Origin: Marsupella aquatica
Lineage: Eukaryota; Plantae; Marchantiophyta
Assembly (NCBI GenBank): GCA_973895155.1
Contig: OZ316897.1
Coordinates: forward strand, 5,225,976-5,289,975
Length of the DNA stretch: 64,000 nt
Direction of reading: 5' to 3'
Part shown: positions 50,345-61,803 of the stretch, in pieces
How the letters are laid out: every line of letters begins with the position of its first letter
Numbering within the stretch: the first letter of the stretch is position 1
Position numbers and translations under genes: made by a program
Notes under the pieces: model-generated
The model's database searches: none
Told to the model about the DNA's origin: nothing
Seen by the model: only the letters and a program-made list of their open reading frames with translations

Positions 50345-50580
50345 GAAAATATGTACCTTGTACATGTGCAGAATCTGTACCTTCTTGGCGGCCGCTAGCA
50401 AATAGGTACCTTCTTTGTGGTACAGTTGTTATATGTACGCTCCGGATTCTACGATCGTTATATGGTACGCACATTGTCCGGAATGGTATCCTTGGCATAA
50501 AGTACGGGTACTTTAACGTTTGATGTACCGCCCAAGTTCTAAGCCTAAAAGTGCGGTATTATTGGCATAAAGTGGTACCA
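50345..50580 (+). promoter_or_regulatory. GTAC cluster upstream of the MULE transposase
   Basis: 11 GTAC tetramers in ~230 bp. Confidence 0.45.
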
Positions 50581-50595
50581 AGACTTTAACGTCTA

Positions 50596-53500
50596 ATGTA
50601 TAAAGCCGAAGGCCTGGGGACTAACATTCCCAGTGTGGATTTGGGACACATGGTTTCTCTTGTGATAATCCGATCAGTAACCGGGGATGTTGTTGTTCTT
50701 CGTCAAATTGAGGGAGACAGTGTTCGAGTCACTAAGGAGCATGAAGTAGCAAGCCGATTTGGTTTGAAGGTAGGGGATTTCATGATTTACAAGGAGAGAG
50801 AAGATGGGCTATCCACTTCTGCTGAATCCAAAGGCGATGGAGATGAGCAAGAGTGGTATCTGAAATGTGGCGTGTCCCATACTATCTGCAAAAAGAAAGC
50901 AAGTTCATGCAATGTTAGTGAGGGTCTTGGAGATTTTGCGCACTCCCCACAGATTGATGAACCAAGTGAATTATGGAACAATACACCGCGTCAGAAATTG
51001 TCCCAAGTTTGGGAGGACATTCATCGAGTTGGTAGACCCCACTCAAATTTTTTGCCAGTGTGGTAGGATGTTGGAGAGGCAGATGAGCCAGTGAAGGAGA
51101 CACCTCGACCCAACGCAATCAATCTCAGAGGGGGTCTTCGACATGGTGAACCTTCTCGATTGAGTACACCTTGGTCAAATTCATTCCATATGTGGGAAGA
51201 TGTTGGAGATGTGGATACACCAGTGAAGGAGAAATGTCGATCAAGTGCATTCAATCTCAGAGGGGGTCTTTGAGATGGTGAACCTCCTCGGACAAGTACA
51301 CCTAGGTCCAATTCATTCCAAATGTGGGAGGATCTTGGAGATGGTGATACACCAGTGAAAGAGAAACCTTGATCAAGTGCATTCAATCTCAGAGGGGGTC
51401 TTCAAGATGGTGAACCTCCTCGGACAAGTACACCTAGGTCCAATTCATTCCAAATGTGGGAGGATCTTGGAGATGGTGATACACCAGTGAAAGAGAAATC
51501 TTGATCAAGTGCATTCAATCTCAGAGGGGGTCTTCAAGATGGTGAACCTCCTCGGACAAGTACACCTAGGTCCAATTCATTCCAAATGTGGGAGGATCTT
51601 GGAGATGGTGATACACCAGTGAAAGAGAAATCTTGATCAAGTGCATTCAATCTCAGAGGGGGTCTTCAAGATGGTGAACCTTCTCGGACAAATACATTCG
51701 AGTCTACATCATCCCAATTTTGGGAGGATCGAGGAGCTGCTTATACTCCACCAAAGGAGACACCTCGATCAAAGGCATTCCTTCTCAGAGAGGGTCTTCG
51801 AGAAGGCAATTCAGTATGGAAGGATGAGTTCCTTGTCAGTGTTGTTCATGCCATGCTACAGGGGAAAGGGACCTCTCGATGTGTACAAGCTGCTTGTAAG
51901 ATTTTGAGCACAAAATTGCCGGAGAGAGTTCAACAATTACCAGAAGTGTATGATGGAGACCATGTTTTTGAGTTGCCACCTTTTACAGGTCCATACTCAA
52001 AGGGGTGTTTCTTTTTGGGCATGGAGCAAAAGAATGATTGTTACATGTGGAGCAGGTTGATTGAGACAAGAGCAAATATCGGCCCAAAGCTAAACAACAA
52101 CAGTCACTCTTACAAGATCCAAACTGTGAAGTGTTTGGGTTCTCTGCGTTGTATGCATAGGGATTGTGAGAATTTTGAAGAGCGCAAAGAGCACAATTCT
52201 GCAAAGTGGACCCGAGATCAAGCAGGCACAAATGAGATGCCTTTCACTGTTGGATGCAATGTTCCCCCATCAAGTGTAATTTGTAGCTTTTGCAGGAGGC
52301 CTCCTAGGTGTATAGCTGGATGCCCAAGTGAGATGTACTACATCACTCCAACCAAGGATGACCTTAATTACTGTCACAAGTCTCATGTTGCCATGCATGT
52401 TGGAAATCACACCCATCCCGCAATGTTCACGCACAACAAAGATCAACGATCACTTGTGCGTAATCTTGTGGAGGAGGAACTGAAGAGGAGTCCTACTGCA
52501 CGGCCATCTGTGATCAAGGTCGAAGCAGTACAGAAACTTAAAGATATTTTTGAGGACCCAGTGGCTGAGATGGTCACCACTGAGGAGGCAAACAACCTTG
52601 ATGAAATGTTGGCCATTCAGGGCGACGAATCTATTTTCCGCTCAATGATCAGGAGCATCAAGAGATACTCTCATGTGTCAACTGATGTAAGCATGATACT
52701 AGAGATGCGGAAGCAGACTGCATTTCCTTTTATCCAAAGTGTTTTGTTCCCAGCCCAGAACGTGGGAACAAATGAGCGGCCGCACATTTTTAAAATGAGT
52801 ACAGAAGGTCCCGGGTCAGGAGTGGACCTTGTTCAAAGAATGTAGCCAGGAGGGGATCTTGAGCATTCTTGGGTGATGTCTGATGTCATGCACCGCATAC
52901 TTGACAATAGATGGTGCACTATGTCTGCACACGTATATGACCATTTCTATCGAGGCTTATGCACAATCTTTGTCTGTGAGCTAGTTTCAGAAGATAGCAA
53001 GTCATTGCAAACTGCATGGAAGGTCATGAGGAGGGTATGTGAAGAACATGGGCTGAAGAATGTGCAGTTCTGTGGATTTATGGCTGATAATGGTGCTGCT
53101 GGGTGGAATGCAATCCGCAATGAATTTTGGGATGGAAAGGTAAATTCCCATAGAGAGAGGTCTGATGCATTTCACTGGGCCCAATCAGTACAGAGAATGC
53201 AGAAGCACATTGTCCCAAGTAAGAGATTTGAGCATAAAGAATTGTTGGATTCACTTCGGCACGCCGGTAATATAGTTCTTGCCTATCGAGTTTTTGAGAA
53301 GCTGAAAACGTGGTGGAATGAGGGCAATGCGCTACCAGGAAAAGCAAAGGAGCTCACCACGTGGATGTCTTGGTGGATTGTTCGGTTTTCTCAGTGGGGA
53401 AACTTTTTGAGACTCGTAAGTGTCTTAACACTTTCCCTCTCTATGCATGATATCCGTCAACACGTTGGATCTCAGCGAAGCTCTCCGAGATATGCTCTAA

Positions 53501-55000
53501 TACACCTATTTTGTCTGTTGCCTAGAACATAAAAAATGACCAAATTGAGATGTTTTCTGGAACAATATTGCAGGAGATGGACAGAGAAAAGGCAGCACTC
53601 ATGCCTAACCACAGTGGGGCAGAGTCGGTACACGCATCTATGCATAAATCCTCATCTAGTACAAAGGTTGGGTTAGTACAATCTTGTACCCTGGATGCAT
53701 CTTGCGCGTTGAGCCAGAATGGAGCTTTGAAGAACTACAAACTCAGTGGGAGGAAGGACGGGGACCGAGCTTGTTTGAACTTTGACTTCAAGATGCTACT
53801 GCCGTTGGGAATGTAGAATCTTTCTTTCCAAAATTGAACACCGCTGTAACTCAACCACACTTGCGTGAGTTCTCATCCATGGACCCACTTAGCAAAGATG
53901 TAGAAACCGTTCCGATGAAATGCGGGAAGGCCACTGCTGGCCATCATGTTGTAGTAGAAGATTCCCACCGGCCTGACATTGTTTTGGTAACCAGACCAAA
54001 GAAGAGGAAGTTCAGGGGGATTGCAAATAGGGACGCAAACTTGAAAAGCCAGGATGCTGAAGTTGTGGATCTGTCGTCCGATGGCTCTCGTGGCTCGGGC
54101 GAACCAGATGTTGTCATTGTGGAACCCCGAAAGACGAGGTCAACCCCATGTCTGGAGCCCGTGAGAAGACGTGTTCAGGAAAGTGATTTGGTTCTAGGCA
54201 TGTTCTTTTTGGCTCGCATCTCAACGATTGGTAAGAGTCCCGGTTATCGAGGTGCATTCAAAGGCAAGGAACGGGGAGTATGTGCTCAATTTATCAAAGA
54301 GGCAGGACTAAAAGTAAGTGGATTAGGCGTTGTTGGTATCTGTTGGCTGGCTGGGAGAATATTTAATAAACCAGGTGTTCCATATCCGTATTGGTTTTGC
54401 CCAAACAACCAGTGTTGCACAAAATCATCTTTGCCATTTATTACTGGTGTTTTACCACCACTGCCTTCAAAGTTTCTTGTCTCTCGTGGAACTAATCTTA
54501 CAAAAGAAGAGGTCCTGTTCTTGCACAACAATGGAGTGGACGTCATTTTTGGTGAAGATGTTATGAATGAATTGGTGAGTGCTGGCGACATCATAATGGA
54601 TTTGAACACATACCCAGAGCGGATAGATCCAACAATGCCTGATGAGCGTGGTACTCGACGCAATGGCCAGGCAAGGCGAAGGAGGTCAGACACCTCCAAG
54701 TACGCTGCCACATGTATCCATAATGCTAAGACCGAGGCAATTGTGTGCACATCAATGAGGAGAATCGAAACAGAGAATGCTACAGGCGTGAGGCTCATGG
54801 TGAACAACACTTGCAGGGGCCGAACTTCAATACATTGCGTACAGATCTATGTCTTCCCAAGTTGCTCCTGCAAGGATTTCATGTACAGGGAGTCTATGGG
54901 AAGAGCCTACTTCCCGTGCAAGCACTTGTATTGGTGCTTTTGTTAAACGCCAACTTCGACCTTGCCCAGCCGCATCCCATACACGACAGCTTCCTTCTTT
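50596..55000 (+). pseudogene. MULE transposase: GCM-like Zn domain, DDE core, SWIM finger
   Basis: ORFs 50596, 51091, 51853 and 52873 share one frame. KCLGSLRC...CSFC...C...C...HVGNHTHP (GCM-like). Catalytic candidates MSDVMH, FMADNG, SDAFHW and GAESVH. SWIM CSCKDF...PCKHLYW. Intron 53417-53573. Premature stops such as QRM*PGG. Confidence 0.8.
51087..51800 (+). repeat. 132-bp (44-codon) in-frame tandem repeat, ~5.5 copies, in the transposase N-terminus
   Basis: ACCAGTGAAAGAGAAA at 51351, 51483 and 51615. Unit translates PVKEK..SSAFNLRGGLQDGEPPRTSTPRSNSFQMWEDLGDGDT. Confidence 0.9.
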
Positions 55001-55483
55001 GATCCGAATAGTGAACATGAACATAGGCACTCCTTCGCCTAGCGACTTACACTCATGAGCTAACCGATTCCTGCTAACGGGGGTTCCTATATCCGCCCCC
55101 CCTTGCCTTTTCTGTCGAGCTCTTGTGCCTAAGGCACATACTCTGCCATCTGCTAGTAGGCCATCGCAGCCTTCATAGCAGAACTCGACTCCTACACGAC
55201 CGTTAATTGAGATGATCGTCGCCTCCCCTACTTCCAGCCTTTCTATCATCTCAACAAAATGAATAACCGCTGGTCCTTGCTTACTACTTCCTAAATACTC
55301 TTGGTTGACCTCTAGTTGACACTTCTAAACCTAAAAAAAACTCTAATATCGCCGGTGTAATTTTTATTGTTTACAGCTTTGCAAACATCTTGAAAAGGAA
55401 TATCGACACGGATCAATGTGTTAACCAACCAATCTTGACTCTAATTGAGGTCAACAACCTTGTATCAAATGCAGGTATTGTCT

Positions 55484-55690
55484 GATCTCGGCGACCTCCG
55501 CCGACATTGTATTTTGGAGACCATTGCCGACATTGTATCTCAGAGACCCTCGCTGACATTTACCAAATAGCCGAATAGGGTTTCCTTCCTCATTGTATCC
55601 TTCCTCATTGTATCTCGGAGACCCTCGCCGACATTGTATTTCGGAGACCCTCACCGACATTGTATTTTGGAGACCCTCGCCGACATTTAC
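55484..55690. repeat. ~27-bp degenerate array of the dyad motif
   Basis: Repeated CATTGTAT(C/T)TCGGAGACCCTCGCCGA. Confidence 0.85.
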
Positions 55691-55723
55691 CAAACAGCTG
55701 AATAGGGTCACCTATTTTGGGCC

Positions 55724-55770
55724 TAGGGTTTAGGGTTTAGGGTTTAGGGTTTAGGGTTTAGGATTTAGGA
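55724..55770. repeat. (TTTAGGG)n tract upstream of F-box gene 1
   Basis: Direct reading of the sequence. Confidence 0.85.
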
Positions 55771-55916
55771 TAAATGACCGTTTTATGTGACCGATATTAT
55801 GTATCTGTTGTCCTTGTCGGTTTAGTGTTTAGGGTTTGCTATGGAGAGGGTCACATTAGGAGGGTAGACCATCGGCCCGCTCTCAGATTAGGCATTTTTT
55901 TTGTTACAAACTTACT

Positions 55917-56579
55917 ATGGATCGCGGCGCAGGCGAACGTGAGCTTTTGATTGATAGGACACAACAAAAGCTTAGATTGGAATTGTGGACGCTTCTGGCT
56001 GGTAAGGAACAAGACCGTGGTCGCATTTGGAATCCTTGTTATCCCCTACGATGTCACCCTCTAGTGAGTAACTTGATTCCAGGGTTGCCTGATGATGTTG
56101 TGGAGTTGCACATCTGGCCCCGGATTCGGTCAATGCTCAAAGGTGTTGCAGTTTTGGATCCAGTTTGGGATGGTCATCATCCAGTGAAGACTCTCTTCCT
56201 GACGATGCGATCAGTTGCTCATATCAACAGGAAATGGAGACATTTGATAACAAACTCCATACTATGGGCTGCAATGACTACAGCTATAGCATTTTGTCGC
56301 GTAAGATGGCCTACAATGACCCCTTTGTTCTTTCGAGATTCAGTGAGAGCATTCCCACCGATTGATGTTTGGAGTCAGTTGTCTGATAGTATCTTAAATG
56401 GAAGGATCGATTCTTGGTTGTTATGTGCTTCAGAGGAAGTGGACTGCTACCTCTCCGTATATGGTCTTGAGCAAGCGCGAGTAGAGTCTTGGAAAAGGAC
56501 TCATGTTGATAATTGGTACATTGAACAGGTTCAAGAAAGACTTGATAATGGTGTTCCTGTTAATTGTGACAATTTTTAG
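55917..56579 (+). CDS. F-box protein, 220 aa, transposon cargo
   Basis: LIPGLPDDVVELHIWPRI...VAHINRKWRHLI is a plant F-box signature. ORF is intact. Confidence 0.7.
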   Translation: MDRGAGERELLIDRTQQKLRLELWTLLAGKEQDRGRIWNPCYPLRCHPLVSNLIPGLPDDVVELHIWPRIRSMLKGVAVLDPVWDGHHPVKTLFLTMRSVAHINRKWRHLITNSILWAAMTTAIAFCRVRWPTMTPLFFRDSVRAFPPIDVWSQLSDSILNGRIDSWLLCASEEVDCYLSVYGLEQARVESWKRTHVDNWYIEQVQERLDNGVPVNCDNF

Positions 56580-57183
56580 CGGCATCGACTGAGCACCAAT
56601 GTGAAAGTTGTTTGCCCACATTGAATGCCATGTCAAATATCAGCTTGCATTAGTGTAATAGACGAATTAGAACAATTAGACCAATTTTGTGTAATAGACC
56701 AATTAGAACAATTTTGTACAAAAAAATTTGAATAGTAAAAGTTTGGACGTTTTTTGAGCGGAATCTCAGTGCGGTATTCTCGTTATGTTAGTGACCTCTT
56801 CAACATACATAGCAGTACACAATTGTCCTTCTCATGTTGGCGAGGGTCTCTGAGATGTGTCTTGGAGAGGTTGTTTACCATCACTTTTGTCCTTGTGAAG
56901 TCGGTTAGAGTCTCTGAGATAAGTCTACTATATTGTGTTGACAAATTGGCGGGCACAATCCACAAAATCTCAGAGACCCTCTCTGAGATGGATAACATAT
57001 AGGAGACCCCGTAATATATCGAACAGTCCCATAATATTTAGACAATGTTTTTTAGTTCATCTGCTCCTAGCAATAAAACCATAAGCTTTGGGCAAAATGT
57101 GTGAGGTCAATCATCCATATCACTATTCACTCTTTGGTTGCCTTATCATGGAGGACTCCACTTGACACTATTATCTTGTTCAA

Positions 57184-57913
57184 CATGGAAGGATCCAATG
57201 CGCACAGGTGTTATCATGAGAAGTGCGCTGCACGGCTTGAGAAGTTCAAGACGACCATTACTGAGCTAAAATTGATAGCTCTTTCCAATAAGTTGTCAAT
57301 ATGGAGTTCTCCCGGGAGTTCGGGGCGGGAGCCTATGCGTTATCCATTGCGCAATCAGGATGCCCGAAAGCAGAGTCTGATCCCTGGCCTCTCGGATGAT
57401 CTGACGGAGTGACACATTTGGCCTCTACTTCGAAACAGATTTGAATGTGCAAATGCTCATGGCAGAGATGATAATGCTACATTCAACGCAATCAACAACA
57501 TGCGTGTATTGTCAAGAGTTAGTAGGAAATGGAGATTCCTAATGACTCATACGAAGGGATGGGCAGCCATAAAAGTGCTGGTGGACATTGTTGAAAACAT
57601 ATCTGAAAATCGACATTGGACTCGACACTCAACCGCGTCCATGTTTCGAGTCCTCTTGCGTCAAATTCCTCCTATTGATGCCCTTGCAATGATGTCACCT
57701 ATATCATTGAAGTCTTGGGTGGCATATTATGTTTGGAGGACAGAGAGATATGAGAGGGATCTGTATGACAGTTTCTTTGACGAGGATGAGGTTGGAAGGG
57801 TCAAGCTATGGGTGGAGAACAGGCTACACACATTGTTGTGGTGTGACGATGTAGCGAGTTGGGAGAGCAACAATCCCAATAGTGGGTACGGGCTTCATAG
57901 TGATGACATTTGA
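57184..57913 (+). pseudogene. Second F-box paralog with one internal stop (57410-57412)
   Basis: YPLR...LIPGLSDDLTE*HIWPLL...LSRVSRKWRFLM...PPID parallels ORF 55917. Confidence 0.65.
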
Positions 57914-58089
57914 TCATTTAGGGTTTAGGTCGGCCGCCATTGTTGGTTTAGGTTTAGTTTATTAGAATTTATCCTCACTCCTGGTAGTTTTGGTTCAGAT
58001 TTTGTAACATGGACAAATTTTGTACGAATTTGTGATTAATAAATTACTTGACATTTGCATGACAAACATGTTTGGCACGGTGTTTTTTC

Positions 58090-58680
58090 AATGTCGGCTA
58101 CCTCGCCGACATGCATAACTCAGCTTGGGTCTCTGAGATGAATCTTGGTCAGATCTCGGCGGCCTTCTCCGAGATATACTGGCGTACGTCAAATCGCTGG
58201 ATGTACGTCAGATCGCCAATATCGACCACCTCGCCGACATGCAAAACTTGGCGAGGGTCTCTGAGATGATTCTTGGCCAGATCTCGGCGGCCTTCTCCAA
58301 GATATGTTGGCGTACGTCAGATTGTTGCACATACGTCAGATCGCCAATGACATGCAACACTCGGCAAGGGTCTCTGACACATTTTGCGGTTTTGAGCAGG
58401 CAGCTTAGTTTTGAGCACGCAGCTTTGTGAAGTTGGCAACCCTCGCCGAGATCTTTTCCCAACACGAAACAGCCAAGCGTAGCATCTAACCCACTAAGGA
58501 GAGACAATGTATGAAGTTTCCAAAACAATTATAGTAAAGATCAAGTCGGCGGTCTCGCTGACATTCTAATTTGGTCGCATTAATGTGTACGGAAAGGACA
58601 TATTGGGTCCGCTTGAATGATTTTATGATGTTGGCGAGTACGCTGACATATCCTTGCCAATGTCAGAGACCTCGCCCACA
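58090..58680. repeat. Subterminal cluster of dyad motifs with a ~130-bp duplication
   Basis: ATCTCGGCGGCCTTCTCC(G/A)AGAT at ~58153 and ~58281, plus related copies. Confidence 0.75.
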
Positions 58681-59063
58681 TCCACTCACTATGGACCCTT
58701 CACTGATATCAGTTATCAGTCACTGATAACTGATGATGTTACCTATCCCTAAGTCTGGGCCGCTTTAAGCAACTCTAGAGGAAGTAGAGAGCATGGCGGC
58801 CCACATTTGTGAAATAGTGGCCATACATGAGGCCGTGGTTGAAGTAAGTGCAGTTGATAAACTTGGAGCTGAAGTAACGGGTTCTGACACTGGTATTGCT
58901 ACCATGGATTACTGTAATGTTAAGCCTTGGATGTTGGAGACGGAACAAATTAGGGAGCAAGCATGGAGGGAGGAAGTAAAACCATGGCTATGGTCAAAGC
59001 CATAGCCGCAGAGGGCACTACCAATGCTGAGAAGCCGGAGGACAATGCCAAAGAGAGGGGAGC

Positions 59064-60165
59064 TGTGATGCCTTGTCAGGATCACTTAGTATTAGTTAAG
59101 CCTAAAATAGTTGCCGAATAAGTATTATGTATATAGTATAAGGTAAGAAGGTAGAAATAAAAGACCCAAAGTCGATTACAACAAGTTAAGGGGGTGGACT
59201 GAGATCTAGAAGGATCCAACGGTCGATTGCAAGTGGGATTAGGGTTATGACCTAATCCAGGCCTGATCACTCAAGGCATTAGGTGGCGGCTTTGCAGGGA
59301 GGGGACCGATACTCTGTCTATTCATGCATTTGCGTGTTTGCTATCTGGACCTTGTGAGGCGGAAGCAATTGATAGTCAAGAGAAGGAGGTGGGTAGGGAA
59401 TTGCTTGAGCTCCTTTTTGTTTGGTGGAATGACCACGGTGAATCAAGCGGCAAATTTTTGAGGCTGTAGCACGGCAGCTCATACCAACTTACAAAGACAT
59501 CAAGCTGGATCGTGCACCAAGGGAACGAGCGGAGCTTGCGCGATTATGGGGAATTCATAAGACAGCCTTTGTGGGAACTGAGGAGGTGCTAGAAAGTTCT
59601 TATGGATTCCCACCAGTGCCGAGCTTGACAAATTGCTGATTAGGGAGAATTGCGTTGTTGGAATTTGGGAGGCAATCAAGACGTAGGACAGTCGGTGTGG
59701 GAATTGAAAGGTCACACTTTGGCTTGGACTAAGGAAGCCATTCTTGGAGAGTCTTCAAGGTCAGACAATATGAAGCAAAAGGGGAGTTTGGTGCCACACC
59801 AGCAAAGCGAACCTGGTCTGAAAGACAGGCCAAGATCAAAGCCGTGCCAGTCCGGATAGGGGCAGTAGAGGATAAGTTCATGGCAAGTTTGCCAGAGAGG
59901 TTACCTGCCGATTTACAACTGTAGTTTTCACGAGAGGAGGATGATGTCTTTAGTGCTATCCAGGATAACAAGTATTTTGGATATATGAATAACATTGGTT
60001 TAGAGGGATTCATCCGGTTGCTGTGGCGATTAGTTGACATATCAGATGAAGATCTATTAGACTTTGTGGGATGCTGGGAGATTTCTTCTAACACGACGTT
60101 GATGTATGGGAGGGTGGTGGAATTAACGCCAACACTGATCAAAGCCGTCTTTGCTTTCCTTGGAA
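59064..60165 (+). mobile_element. 5' part of a diverged family-A-like LTR (D), cut by a LINE
   Basis: Starts TGTGATGCCTTGTCAGGATCACT. Encodes GLEGFIRLLW...LLDFVGCW...LTPTLIKAVF. Confidence 0.7.
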
Positions 60166-61803
60166 TTTGTTTTTGCTTTATAAATAAACCGTGGAACCTC
60201 ACGGAAAAGGGGAAACAAGCAGCCCAACGAGGGCATCAGAAGCACATAACAAGCCAAATGCAGCCTAGGGCAGCACCCCCAGGCCCCCAACACACATCAC
60301 ACCACCCTAGACAAGGGGCAGCCCCCAAAGCACGGGGGCCAAAAGCCAGCCACTAGCCAGGATGCATAAGCCTGCCTCAAACATCAACAATAAAGCCACT
60401 ACGGCGAGAACCCAACCAGCACCTACGCTGGGATGCAATCCGGTCCTTAGCCGCAAACAAACGCAACTATTCCTAACCGAAGGGAAGTCCCCTACCCACC
60501 GCATAAAGATTGACTGCCACCTCAAACAGCACAAGCCCGTAGAACATATGCTCATTCCTAGCCCTCCAAAGCAACCACAGAACCTGATAAATGACATACA
60601 GCTTGGCACAATGAACGGGGTCCTTTCCCACCGCATCATCCAAAAGAGCAATTAAACCCTCGCTAACAGGCAGACAAAGTGATGGCACTGTCAGTAGACA
60701 CCTCAACCAGCAGCGCACTGCAAATCTACAACCAAAGAACAGGTGCGGAATAGACTCCAATTGCCCTCCGCACAGCTTACAATCGCCATTTCTGACATCA
60801 ATCCTGAGTGCTCGCTCGCCTATGAACAGACCTCCCACAATAATCCTCCATAGGAAGGTCTTAGCACAAACCGAAAGATCAGATCTCCACAGCCGCATCC
60901 ACCCAGCATTCCATTCCAGCTCCGACTTGGACAACGACCAGATGCGATTCAGGCGGGCAGAAAGTGAAAGCCTGGGCCAAAGGAAGTCATATATCCTGCA
61001 ATTAGCAATTTTGAAGTCCTTCAAAACCCTGTCATTATCTGCCCACCGCCACTGTTTAGCCGTGGATACCATGTCAAGACCGCACAAGTGTAAGCTCCAT
61101 ATTTTCACCAGGAATTTCATGGCCAGCCCTCTAAGAGCCGTTGTGAATCCTCTCAGATGGTGCCAGCGCAGTGGAAGGTCCTTCCAACAGCTTCCTTCCT
61201 CGCACCAGCCATCCCTTATGACTCTGATACCCAGTCTCCCACAAATCTCTGCAATCCTTGTGATCTCTAGGTTTGGCAGACAGTTCAATTCTTCTAGGCA
61301 GTGCAGGGTATCATGTATACTCCAGCGTCCCGGGATCCCTCTCTCACCAGGGACAAAAGAGAGATATGCTCTCACCAAGGTCCACGACTTCCAAAGCCCT
61401 GAAGTATAAGGAAGGCCCCCGCCAGCTCTCGGTGTGCAGAGGAGCAACCTATCCAAGAAGGAATATTTGTTCCTGCAGATAATCTTATAATTCGTTCATC
61501 CCATGAGCTCCAAATTAGCAGCCAGCATTTGGGACCATTCCGTTTCTGGGGAGTTGAGTGCCTTGATGAACCACTGCGCAAGTAAAGCTTTCGAGTGACT
61601 CTTGAACTCTTTGAATCCCATTCCACCCTCTACCTTGGAGAGAGTCAGCTTGGACCATGCCACAAGCGGGATCTTCTTCCCCCCAGCCGGATTATAGCCC
61701 CACAGAAAGTCTCGGCTGAGAGCAATAAGTTTCTTGGTAAGGCCTGTTGAAGCCTTAAAATGCATGACATGATAAATCGGGATGGCTTGAAAAACATGCT
61801 TTA
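60166..61803 (-). mobile_element. L1-like LINE 3' portion (post-RT region and zf-RVT)
   Basis: KHVFQAIPIYH, RDFLWGYNPAGGKKIPLVAW and CKLCGGQLESIPHLFFGC. Homologous to the LINE at 20065-22391. Interrupted at 61804. Confidence 0.85.

Larger units (their letters stand above)
27088..58749 (+). mobile_element. Giant Mutator-like (MULE) DNA transposon with cargo genes
   Basis: Left TIR GAGGTACACAACTTCATCAGTTATCAGTGAC vs right TIR (reverse complement) GGGATAGGTAACATCATCAGTTATCAGTGAC. 9-bp TSD TAAGTCTGG (27079-27087, 58750-58758). Internal MULE/SWIM transposase. Confidence 0.85.

Noticed and set aside
59050-59063. Purine run before LTR D as a PPT
   Set aside because: The upstream DNA looks like the tail of an older family-A ORF, so D may simply be a nested insertion. 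Its other end is not in the window.
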